DNA of 64,000 bases, from assembly GCA_021613535.1 (NCBI GenBank), contig CP075494.1, positions 7,254,001-7,318,000 on the forward strand, in the 5' to 3' direction. Position 1 is the first letter of the stretch. Each line of letters opens with the position of its first letter. The DNA is from Adineta vaga. Lineage: Eukaryota > Animalia > Rotifera. A program made the translations under genes and the position numbers. The notes below the pieces were generated by a model that saw only the letters and a program-made list of their open reading frames with translations, ran no database searches and had not been told where the DNA came from. Positions 35,082 through 47,599 of this stretch are shown here, piece by piece.

Positions 35082-36157
35082 CTATGCTTTTATATATTTG
35101 CATTGTAACCAAATTCGATACATTTTCAATTGTTTCGATCGATTAACTTGCAGTCGTCGATCAATCATATTTTGTTCTTTGATAAGACCATTTCGTGTAA
35201 ATAATTGATCAAGTTCATCTAGAATTCAATTCAACAGATTATTTTCTATCATTTAAAATCAATTTTCAAACCTTGTTGAAAAAAATATGTTAATGTACCA
35301 TCTGATCTTGCATACATATTTTGTTCAATACATTTATCATTTTTAAATCTTAATTGTGCCATATCATACAAACCATAATCACGAAAGATTAATTTTCCAT
35401 GACCAGGTTTTAAATATTTCACTAGATGTTTAATAACTTCATCATGTTTCGATGATTCGATAGCACTCAAAACAAATATCATTATAATAAGATCTAATGA
35501 ATTTTCTTCAAATGGCATCGGATTTAAACTTGTTAAATCATAGACAAATGCATGACAATATTTTGTATTATATTCCGGATTTTGTTTTAATATATCAATT
35601 GCTGTTGAAGAATAATCACAACAATAGAGATAGATATTTGATTGTTGATTTAAATTATTCGTACGAATGATTGGAAAGATACAATTTCCAACACCACAAC
35701 CAACTTCGAGAATAGTTGTGGATTCATTCGAATTTGAGATAATTAGTTCGGGAAATTCGGTAAATAACCATTGACGATCTTTGAAAAATTTATTTTCATG
35801 AATGTCATAAAAACGATTCCAAGCCGATGGTAAATCAGATTTCAATGTTTCTATTGATTTTTTTTAGAAAGAGAAATCATTCAATGAAGATTTCTAGTCA
35901 AGAAAATTCGATTTCGAACTAACCCCATTTACTATTCGACATTCGATGTTCATATTGTTTAGTAATTATACTATTTGCTTCTTCACTTTGTTCTTCACTC
36001 CATTCTACATCATCCCTTTTATGAAAGATAAAATAATCAAAGAAATGCTGTTTTTTTTTGTGGTGAAATCTATGTATTACCAAGCATTATGAGCAAAGAC
36101 ATCCTTTTCATCAGATAAATGTCGTGAACCAAAAGCAGGTCGTTTTTCTTCTGTCAT
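35082..36157 (-). CDS. METTL2: tRNA N3-methylcytidine methyltransferase METTL2-like, 4 exons
   Basis: [86 protein letters not shown]. Confidence 0.92.
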
Positions 36158-36831
36158 CAATATGTTGAAAGTATATAGAATCTGAAATTTATATTTTAAT
36201 TTTATGAAACTATTGATTTATTGACTCAGATCCGACTTTGCACAATAAAATCATAAATTACATCGAAATCCTTGAATTTTTCTCTCATAAAGTTTCGTAT
36301 CATGTTTTGGCTTTGGCTGGCTTAACTGGGTGATGTGATGAATCATTCATGACTCAGGAAGGAAGGAATGAAATGAAATGGTTTGCTATTGGACTATTTT
36401 GTATACCATTATTTTTTCAGTCCTTATCATCAGTCGTTCGTCGATCGCGCTAGCGCTATAATACTATCTGCGTCATATTTTTTTATTGACATGTACTTTC
36501 TATTCTAGAAGCAACTTGAGTTTAAAAAACATTGAATATATAAAATCATATGATATTGTCGATTGGCTGTCTGTTTTTTGCGTCGAAAAAATATTGACTG
36601 CATGCATAGAATGACTTTAATACTTTGAGCTTCGCTTTTTTCTTCTTTCTTTTCTATTATTTTACCCGTCAGAGTATTTGTAGATTTGCACTTCGGTCTA
36701 TTCTATTACATTTCGTAATCACTTTCAACCCACGAACAATCGTACTCGTCGTCAAAACACATAAATCACTTTTATAAAATTTACTGTGTGTTTGTCGCGT
36801 CGGAAACGGTCTTTCTCCATCGTTGTTTTAA

Positions 36832-37043
36832 ATTCAACCAAAAATATTGTCCAAGGCTAATCACAAACAAGAAAGACAGGTCAATTATACTAAGGTAACG
36901 TTTTTTCTACTTTATTTACTCTTATTTAAATATAATTCTGTCTAATTCAGGGCATTTTTGCCGATCATTTCTGGTTTTCTGAATCTGGTTGCTTGATTTC
37001 AACATTTTTTGTATTTTCTTGGACACCTGGTCCTCTTCGCTAG
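36832..37043 (+). CDS. Putative AUU-initiated upstream coding region (uCC-like uORF, 51 codons) in the ODC leader
   Basis: ATT CAA CCA AAA..., exons 36832-36894 and 36951-37043, giving IQPKILSKANHKQERQVNYTKGIFADHFWFSESGCLISTFFVFSWTPGPLR*. The spliced leader is otherwise AUG-free. Confidence 0.7.
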
Positions 37044-37223
37044 CATTCGCTACAAGGGTCTAATCGCTGAAAAACTCCCTTTTTTCAACCATGTAAGAAA
37101 CTATCTGAATGAAGTTTGCAATTGTATAATAATGTTTTTTCTCCTATTTCAAGTAATTCAACACTTCGTACTCAGTACAAACAGCACTCCAATATTCAAT
37201 TAAATTCTAAACAACAAGTCAAT

Positions 37224-39105
37224 ATGCATCTATTCAAAGATACTTCTATTGTCATTACACCAGTTCAATATACTGCTGAAGAATTTATTCAAAAGAAAAT
37301 CGAATTACTCGTAAGTCGTGGTATTGCTTTTCGAGAGAAAAAAAACAATTATTTGGTGTTATTAGAAAGATGAAACGGAACCATTCTTTGCTGTCGATCT
37401 CGAAGATGTTTGTAATAAACATATTCGTTGGATTACTTTGATGCCTCGTGTCAAACCACACTATGGTTAGTTCATTACGAAAGTTTCTCTCTATTTCTTT
37501 TAATTATCAATTCTTTGTAGCGGTTAAATGTAACGATGATACCAATGTTATTAAACTACTTGCTCATCTCGGAGCAGGTTTTGATTGTGCAAGCAAAGTA
37601 AAGCATAGAAATCGATTCATATTTTTCTTTATTATTCAATATTTTCCTTAGGGTGAAATCAAAAAAGTCATGGATTTAGGTGTTTCTGGTTAGTTTCTAT
37701 TGTTTTACTCAAATCTTTCTTTCTATCGTGAAAATCATTTCCTATTTTAGCCGATCGTATCATCTATGCAAATCCATGTAAACAATCGTCATATGTTCGT
37801 TATGCAAAAGAAGTGGGCGTTGATACAATGACATTTGATAACGAACAAGAATTATTAAAAATCAAACAAATCTATCCAAATGCCAAGTAAATGATTGATT
37901 TCCAGTTTATCCATTGATGATTGATTTTTGTTTGTTGAAGACTTGTTCTACGACTTGTAACTGATGATTCAAATGCTGTCTGTCGATTTTCAATGAAATT
38001 TGGTGCTGATATGATTACAGCACGTCGGTTACTTGAAAAAGCTCAAGAAATCGATATGGAAGTTGAAGGTGTTAGGTAAAAGCAATGTTTTGCGAAAGAT
38101 GAAGAAACGTCATGAAAATTTTCTTTAGCTTTCATTGTGGTAGTGGTCAAATGACGAGTAAAGCATTTGTTGATGCTATTCAAAATGCTCGTACCATTAT
38201 AGATTATGGAAAAAAATTAGGTTTCACTATGAATCTATTGGATATCGGCGGTGGTTTTCCAGGAAATTCTGGAACAGAAGATTATTTTGCAGAAATCGCT
38301 TGTGCCGTTAATCGAGCAGTTGACGAACATTTTCCTAAAGATAGTGATGTTCGTATTATTGCTGAACCAGGTCGATACTATGTTGCATCAGCTTATGCAT
38401 TAGCTACAAATATCATTGCTTCACGTGAAATGATTGATGCAGGTTAGTCAGTCTTATCGACATCTCAATGAAATGCAAATAAATTCATCATTTTCTGCTT
38501 GTTAATAGAATCTGGTGAAGTTAAATATATGTATTACATCAATGATGGTGTCTATGGTTCATTCAATTGTGTTCTCTATGATCACTATGTCCCAGAACCA
38601 TGTCTTCTTCCACAAGTATGTATTCTTCGTTGAAATAGTTACACATATCTACATATTCGATTTGAATAGAATGCATCTAACGAAACATTTACAACTTCAA
38701 TTTGGGGACCTACATGTGATGGTCTTGATTGTATTCAAACATCTATTAAACTACCAAAATTGAATATTGAAGATTGGATTTTATGGAATAATATGGGTGC
38801 ATACACAATTTCGGCAGCTGTTCAATTCAATGGATTACCATTCGGTCAACCAATTTACTACATGTCCAAACAATTCTGGTAGAAAAACACTTTTGTAACG
38901 AAAAAAGAAAATATTTATGATTATTTGAATATTATTTAGGGATTCAGTTAAAGATGCTTTTGCGATGCCATCACGAAAACTTCCTGTCGATGGTCATTTC
39001 ATTCGAATGAATTCTATGGATTGTTCAAATGAAATTGAAGATGAAGAATTACCATGGATACCTGAAGATATCGCCGAAGATCAAATGTTTGTTACAAGTC
39101 AATAA
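37224..39105 (+). CDS. ODC1: Ornithine decarboxylase (catalytic residues intact), multi-exon
   Basis: PHYAVKCN (PLP lysine), [61 protein letters not shown] (catalytic Cys), NMGAYT; acidic C-terminal tail. Confidence 0.96.
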
Positions 39106-40278
39106 TGACTTATCAAATGGGTTTTCTCTTGTATCTCGAACTGATATATGCTTCGGGATTTCTATACAAGATTGATGCTTATCGAGAATTCATTTTCTTT
39201 CCCTGTCCTCTGCTGTTTCTACTGATTACGAAGTGTTGAATTACTCTCTCTTTCTCTCTCCTGGAACTGCTTTCGTTTTTTTCATCGAAAAACATCGCAT
39301 ACATTCTTATTCTCTTATATTCAAGTTTAATTTGTTCTTTTTTTCGTCAATTTTCATCATTTTGCTGTATTTCCTTCTCTCGTTTATTATTGTCAAAACT
39401 AATAAAAGTAAATTACGTATTTCCTTTGAAAATTAATGTCAAATGCGTCATATGTAACATACATCCCAAAGCGAGATATTTCCTTTATTTTAAATGTTGC
39501 AACTGTATGAGTCAAGAAAAATTTATATTTGATTATTGTTAACGTCATTAACATTCAATAAAATACAAAGGGATACAGGAAAGAAGAAAAAAAGGATTGA
39601 ATAACCTATCATACACAAAAACAAACATGTCTGGTTAATATAAGCGTATGACGTTACTCGTCAAATAAATACAGGCTTCTTCGAGTTTGTCTAAAAGGGT
39701 TTTCATGATTTATATCAATAGATGATTGATATAAAACAGATTTAAAACTCATATAAATTATTGTTTTTATTCCGATGAAAAAATAACATTTTTTCTTTTT
39801 TAGTTTTAATGAGAAATAAGCACGAAGTACATGTACTCAAGTGAATAATGTTCTTTGATATAATCGTAAAATCTTGTTTGTTAAAAATAGAATTCAAAAC
39901 GATAATTGGAAAATTTTAAACGACGTATTTCTTATGAATGGCGTACATGATAAATAGTACCGTAATCTTCTTTTTATGAGAAAACATGATCAGACATGCA
40001 CACAGAGCTACAAAATAATAGTCTTAGGATTTGTTAAAACTATCCGATCTTATGTCATAGATATTGCATTTTGCATGAATAAAGTCGCCTACACACTGAA
40101 TCTTGGTGTCACAACAAGAAATAAATGAGTTTATTTTATTTTCTAGTAGTGACCTCTCTTTTTTGTTGTTAAACAGAGGTATCACTAAGTGAAATGACGT
40201 GACAGATGTCAAAAGTATAAACTGTTCGTTCAATTCAATCAATCAATCAATCGATCGATCAACGATTATTGAAAGAAA

Positions 40279-42122
40279 ATGAGTGATGACGATGATGAAG
40301 TAAGACAAGTAACAATTTGAAAAACGAAATAAATGTCTACTATTCATTTTTCAGCTTCAAATTGTTCGAGATCGACCTTATGATGAATCATTGGATGTAA
40401 GCAGTACAATATTCTAATTATTGAATCTAATTTTGATTTCAAAGGTTGTCGATGATGAAGAAGTAGCGAGTGTTTATACACCGGTACCAGTGGGGTTATC
40501 GGCAAGAAAACCTCCAGGTTGGTTTTAAATTAGAAAACTTTTTAGAAAAATTAATAAAACTCATGTAAATTAAAGTTATTAATATTGTCACTCCACGACG
40601 TGGAAATCATCTGACTCTTCCAGGTTTTGAAAACTAAATATTGTAATTCTGTGTGTGTGATTGTTCTTCTTGAATGTTTTATTTCAAATTTAAATACATT
40701 CTGATCTTGTTTTCTAGCACCGGATACCAATGCAAATGTAGGTTTAGGTCAACCACTTTCTCGTGAACGACCTATTCTACCAAGACAAGATGATAGTCCT
40801 CCAGTAAGTTCATATTCATAGTCTATTTAATGACATTATTTTTAATAAAATATATAAATATAGCCTGATGATCACGATGATGATAACGATACACAGGATG
40901 AATCCGGTTCAGATGGTCCACCCTCTCAAATATCTCAAGGTGGTAATGATGAACAACGAGAATATAGACACCATGATGTTGATGCTTATGATCCAAAAAT
41001 GTACCATGATTTACCTGTTTCATCCGAAGTCAAAGATATATTTATTTATATTGAAAAGTAAGTTTTTTTCATCGAATTGAATGACAAACAATTGAATATT
41101 TGAAGGTATCAACCGCAAGATATTGTACTTGATACAAAATTGAAACCTTTCATTCCTGAATATGTTCCGGCGATTGGTGATATCGATGCGTTTCTCAAGG
41201 TTTGTATTAATGACTAAGTAAAAGCAATGCATTGTATGTCTATTCTTCAGGTACCTCGACCTGATGGTAAAGAAGATGGTCTTGGTTTAACTGTTCTTGA
41301 TGAACCATCATCAAGACAAAGTGATCCACATGTATTGAATCTTCAAATGAGATATACATCAAAACAATCGATGGCAACTAGTTTACCAAGTGTAAGAAGA
41401 CAATGAATTTATTTCAATCTTGATAGATAGTTTGTTTGTTTGTTTGTTTGTTTGTTTCAGAATGTTAGAACTGTTGGCAATGCTGATAGAAATCCGAAAG
41501 CAATTGAAGAATGGATTAATAGTATAAGTAAATTACAGAAAGCGAAAACAGGTGATACGGTTCAATATCGAAAGTAAGGAAATTTTTGATTTTATATTTG
41601 AAAATAATCTATCCATTTAGACCATTACCTAATGTTGACGATTTAATGCAAGAATGGCCAACACAATTTGAAGAACTTCTTAGAGAGGTATAGTCATTTT
41701 AAATACAACTTTTTTTTTAATAAGAACAATTGAGTAAAGAAACATAAGTGGTAGTCTGTAAATTTTGTTCTAGACATCTGCTCCACCTGCTGATATTGAT
41801 ACAGATCTATCAACTTATACGGATATTGCATGTGGTATGTGGAAAGAAAAAGAGATTTTTCTTCATAAAATTCGAAGTATTTCACTATTTATAGCACTTC
41901 TTGATATTCCAGTATACGAATCTCGTATTCAGTCATTACATGCATTGTTTTCACTGTATCTTGGATTTAAAAATTCGGAGGTAGAAATAATACACCAGAA
42001 CTTGATTGAAGCTTTATTCTCTGAATATTTTTTAGCATTTCAAAGCAATGATGGATGTATCTGATACACCGTTCCGTCATGGAGGAAACAATGCCGATGC
42101 TGATCAGATGATAATTGATTAA
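40279..42122 (+). CDS. IFT46: Intraflagellar transport protein 46, multi-exon
   Basis: AYDPKMYHDLPVSSEVKDIF, LKPFIPEYVPAIGDIDAFLKVPRPDG, LGLTVLDEPSSRQSDP, LMQEWP, LDIPVYESRIQSLHALFSLY. Confidence 0.93.
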
Positions 42123-42745
42123 TCTTTTTATTTATGTAAAAAAAAACATGTTCGGGTTTGCATTTTTCTTTTGTTTGTTAGTTTGAATTCCTTCCCAATC
42201 TTAAACACGAATAAATATCATATTCACGTTGATTATTCTACAATTTTTGCATTCAAATTTAAAGAAATGATCCGTGTTCTATGAGAAATTAGTAGAATGA
42301 GAACTAGCGACCTCTTTCGATCGTTAAGTAACACAAAATGTTCTTTTAAATAAAACTTACTGTGTTGAAAATTGAAAAAATCTTTTAAAAAAATAATCAT
42401 TAGTAAATTTATTATTTAATCTTTGTTGAAAAATTTTTAGTAAAAGAAAAAAGAGTATCCATCCAACGTTTACCATTGACATTAAAAATGCTCTTGGAGA
42501 TTCACTTTCTGTTTCTTTTTATCGGCCATTTAAATTTTTGTTTTGATTCTGGGAGGAAAAAGACAAGAAAATAAATACTATATTTATTTCCTTTTGTTTT
42601 AGAATATTATCATCCATCCTTCTGTTCTTATCTATGCATAATTAACATGTCAGATATTAATCATCAATAAAGTGCCTTTAAATTTATACATATATACATA
42701 TTAGAAAAAGAACATTCATTTCTTTTTGTTTACGGTATTATTTTA

Positions 42746-44487
42746 ATGACTACAAATCGTCCATTAGCTTCACATTATCAAATTGGTCGTCTATTAGGCT
42801 CGGGTAATTTTGGTGAAATCCATTTAGGTCGAAATAATGAAACACATGAATATGTAGCAGTTAAATTAGAACAAATTATAACTCGTACACCTCAATTAGC
42901 ATATGAATATCGATTCTATAAAACATTAGGAAAACAACATGGTATACCACAAGTTCAATTCTATGGACAAACGAGTTCCCATAATGCACTTGTTATGGAA
43001 TTATTAGGACCATCATTAGAAGACCTATTTGATTTATGTTCACGACGTTTTACAGTCAAAACAGTATCAATGATTGCATTACAATTATTAGATCGAATGG
43101 AATATGTTCATTCAAAAAATTTGATCTATCGAGAGTAAAAGAAAGCGTTTTAAATATTAACTGAAATTTGTAGTTTATGATTTATTTTAGTGTTAAACCA
43201 GAAAATTTTCTAATTGGACGTGGAAGTACACATCGGCAACATATTGTGCATATTGTAGATTTTGGTTTAGCAAAAGAATATCGAACAGCGGATGGAACAC
43301 ATATACCATATCGTGAACATAAAAGTTTAACAGGTAATCGAGAAAAAAGAAAGTTTAATGATGAAACGAATGGATTTGATCTGTATCGTAGGAACGGCGA
43401 GATATATGTCGATCAATACCCATCTTGGTAAGCTTTTTCATGGATGAATCGGAATAACTGAAATCATATTTTGTTTCTCTAGGTCGTGAGCAAAGTCGTC
43501 GAGATGATTTGGAAGCATTAGGTTATATGTTTATGTATTTTCTACGAGGAAGTCTACCGGTATGTTGATGTCATGTTATCTTTTATACTTACTTCAAATT
43601 TATTGATGTTTCTTAACAATCATCGTTTTTTTTCTTCTAGTGGCAAGGTTTGAAAGCTGATACATTAAAAGAGCGTTATCAAAAGATTGGCGATACGAAA
43701 CGTTTTACCACCACTGAAATTCTATGTGAAGGTTATCCACGACAATTTCTAACATACATGCGAAATGTACGTCAATTGGAATTCTCTCAAACTCCTGATG
43801 TATGTAAACGGAATTTTTTCTTCTGACACAAGAATATATAAAATATTCTAAATGATTTCATTCTAGTACAATGGATTACGTCAGTTATTTCAAAATACTA
43901 TGAAAGATAATAACTATATCAATGATGATGATTTCGATTGGATTAAACCTTTACAAGAACATCGTTCAAAACGTACAAAAACAACGAATACAACTGTAAT
44001 GGGTTTGCCATCTACAAATGTTACATCAAAGAAAACAACTAATACTACAAATGCTATGTCATCATCAACAACTTGTATTACTAATAATGATGAATCTCGT
44101 AATCGTACAGTTGCATCACGTAGTATATATCCTCATTATCAATTACCATTGAGTTCAACGAATGCTACTACTGTTACATTGAATGGTGGTTCAAAAACAA
44201 CACTATCAATGGCAAGTACAACGAAACTTCCTGTCATATTACCTTCAACACATTCCACTATTGAAAATCGTCGACCAATTCCAATTAAACGACGTAGTTT
44301 AATACCAGCACCACAATCAAATCATTCTTCGAACCATGTATCAAATGTTAATTCAGCAAGTAAAGATTATGAACATGCAGCCCATCCAACTTGTTGTTTT
44401 TTTAAACGTAAACCAAAAGAAGCTCTTCAGATATCATCGACAATAACAAAAAAAATTCCTTCAAATGATCCCACACATGTCAGATAG
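42746..44487 (+). CDS. CSNK1G: Casein kinase I gamma (gilgamesh-like)
   Basis: [97 protein letters not shown]; C-terminal CCFFKRK palmitoylation motif. Confidence 0.93.
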
Positions 44488-44767
44488 TTGTATTTGTTTC
44501 TATTCCATTTCATTTCTTGTTTGTGTCTTGCCTTGAGCTTTCAGAATATTTGTGTATATTATTTCTATTCAATGTTTAATTATGAATTACCTTTGTTAAT
44601 CAACAGTGTTTTGTCTCATTGATTTCTCTATGCAATATAATTGTGTATTATGACTTGTTGTTATTATTGTTTTTTCCTTCTTCTTCTTCTTCTTCTGTAC
44701 AATCTCAATTAATCATAGATACAAAATTCTCATTCTATTTCAGACTAAAGATCAAAACACCTAAATT

Positions 44768-45552
44768 ATGTCATCTGAACAGACGAAAACATCGTCGGAT
44801 GCAGCCCCAGTTTTTCAAGTTAATCAAAAGAAATTAAAAGAACTTGCTGAAAGTGCTAATGCTATTAAAATCGGTGGCAAAGTATGTTTGCTGTTTTTCT
44901 ATCGTTAGGCAAAGTAAATTAATCTTGAAATGAACTTGTTTTTCTTTTCTATAGGGCACAGCTCGTCGAAAGAAGAAAATTATTCATCGATCAGCAACTG
45001 CAGGTGATAAAAATCTTCAAAGCTCATTGAAAAAACTTGCTGCAAATAGTATTCCAGGCATTGAAGAGGTTTGATATATTAATCTCTTCTTTTTCTTATT
45101 TGCTTATTTTTTTCGATTGAATAGGTCAATATGTTCAAAGATAATGGTGAAGTAATTCATTTTGCTAATCCAAAGGTGCAAGCATCACTCGGTTCGAATA
45201 CATATGCCATTACGGGTGCATCGGATACCAAATGTAAGATATTCAATCTCTCATTGGTAAATTGATCTTATTTCTCGTTCTATTTCAGCTCTACAAGATA
45301 TGTTACCAACGATCATGTCACAAATGGGTATGTCAAATGTTGATCCTGGTTTAGCAAGTGAATTTGGCCGACGTAGAGGTGGCGAACAAGAAACAGGCGA
45401 TGGTCAAACTGGAACAACAAATGAACAAGAAGGTGATGATGAAGTACCCAGTATGTGTTCAACTTTATATTTTCGTCTCGCAAAATATTTCTCCCTACTT
45501 TTTCTTTCTAGATCTTGTCGAAAACTTCGATGATGTATCAAATAGCAAATGA
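44768..45552 (+). CDS. BTF3: Nascent polypeptide-associated complex beta subunit (BTF3)
   Basis: [64 protein letters not shown]. Confidence 0.95.
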
Positions 45553-46529
45553 TCGTTCCCTGATACACATCTTTTTTCAAATACATAACAGTTGTTTTCT
45601 ACCATTTTTTGTTTTTTTTGCTACTCAAAACAAGAAAAAAGAAAAAAATTTGATTGAATGGAATCTTTTCTTTACTAAACATCATCCAAGAAGACTAACT
45701 TATGTTCTACTCCTTCCGATTTCTACCTTCATACTTACAAAATTACAAACGCATACACATTTTTGTTCTTTTTGTTAACTGTTTGTTCCTTTTTTTTGTC
45801 TGTTTTGTTTTTCATTCATAACAACAATTTAAAAACATTTTTAAAAAGAACAAGAACAAGAAGAAGATAAACCATCATTAACATATCTTTTATCCTATTC
45901 AGAAGATTTCAAACTGAACGTTGAAATCGATACATAGAAAATGAAAACAATCAAGTAGATTCTATGATGAATAACAAATTCACTTGAAGATTAATCATCT
46001 ACTAGTTCTGAATATGAAAAACAAAATACGTGTATATCGTTACAGTTTAATCAAATATTATGTATTCACTTCCATTTGATTGAATTAGTAGTCATATGTA
46101 TTCCATTCAGTTAATCAATCTCATATCACAACAACAGTATTAAAAACACTGCATAATAGTTCTGTACCTTACCATACAACTTCAAGTTGTTTTAATCGAA
46201 TGAAAACCTCAAACTGTTCAAAGAAATCTCACTTGTAAGGATTACATTGATGAGATTTATGAATATGCAAATTTTATCCCAAACTTCTATTTCTTTTCTT
46301 CTCACTCGTCGATTATATTTCAAGAGCTCTTCTACAATGATTCACAAGTAGGGAAGCAAATATATATATATATATATATATACAGATACAGCATAACATA
46401 TAAACGAATCAGTTTACTATTCTTCCATCTGTTCGTCATAATTGTATGTCGTATTGCTTTGTTCGACACACACATATACATATCGGCGTGAATAAATATC
46501 AACGAAGGTCTTCTTTTATTATAGGTAGG

Positions 46530-46946
46530 ATGCCTTCATTCTCGAGCATCTTTCTCCTGATTCTGTACTTCACATATTCACATTCGACCGATACAAACAA
46601 ACCTTCATCGGAATTCAGTTATCAATCTGATCAACGACTATTAGCATACAATCAAGACACAGACCGATTCGAACAAACTAATTCAACAAATAAAAATAGT
46701 AGTCTTTCGACTGAAAAATCTCGTCAACAAACTGCAAGAGAACATCTAAAGATTCTTCTCATCATTGGTGGTGTTTCAATTGGAATGATGACTGTGTTTG
46801 TGATTGCATTGATTGTTTCAAGAGTTTTTTGTACAAAACAAACTCAAGATTCTGAAACAATTGAACAAACAATAGTATTACAACGACCAAAACAGATGAA
46901 ACATCAAACTGTCCCGCAAAAGAGAAAAGCAATGGCAATGTTATGA
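46530..46946 (+). CDS. Small type-I membrane protein of unknown function
   Basis: Signal peptide MPSFSSIFLLILYFTYSHS, short ectodomain with N-glycosylation sequons, TM helix ILLIIGGVSIGMMTVFVIALIV, short cytoplasmic tail. Confidence 0.65.
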   Translation: MPSFSSIFLLILYFTYSHSTDTNKPSSEFSYQSDQRLLAYNQDTDRFEQTNSTNKNSSLSTEKSRQQTAREHLKILLIIGGVSIGMMTVFVIALIVSRVFCTKQTQDSETIEQTIVLQRPKQMKHQTVPQKRKAMAML

Positions 46947-47599
46947 TTCTCATCGCCAAACACGTGCTAAAGAATGAGTAGAACTTTTGTGATAGTAAAT
47001 TCTAGTATTACTTATCAGTATAAATAATAAATAACATTTTTATATTAGACATATCGGCCTTTATTGCGATTTTACAAGGATTTTATGGGTTGAATCAGAT
47101 GTGAAATAACAAAAGACAGTCTACATGTAATATGTATTGAAATTCAATACATGTGTGACATTTTATGTGATTATAACACGTTAACAATTGGTGTTGAATA
47201 GGAAGTGTTGTTGTGCATCAATAATTGATGATTTGGCTATTGCTGTTAAGATAGACGTCTTATAGTCGAAATAAAAAAGAATGTAATAAATCGACAAAGA
47301 TCAATCAAGTATTTGCAATGAATTTATATCAGATTGTTATATTTTGAAGAAATAGTTTTATAAAAGGTGGTTATATCTGTTAATAAATTTGACTTCATTC
47401 TACCTGTAATTGTATATTCAATCACAAAATGAAACTAAGGGAGTTTTTATCGTTTTGATATAATTTACAACTTTTATTTTACAGTTCGAATACGAAAAAG
47501 AAAGAAAGAATTCTGATAACGGCAGTTACATCCAGATAAAAGAAAAGAACATGATTTGAGAAGGATCTTACATTTAAAACAAAGCATTTATTTATTACC

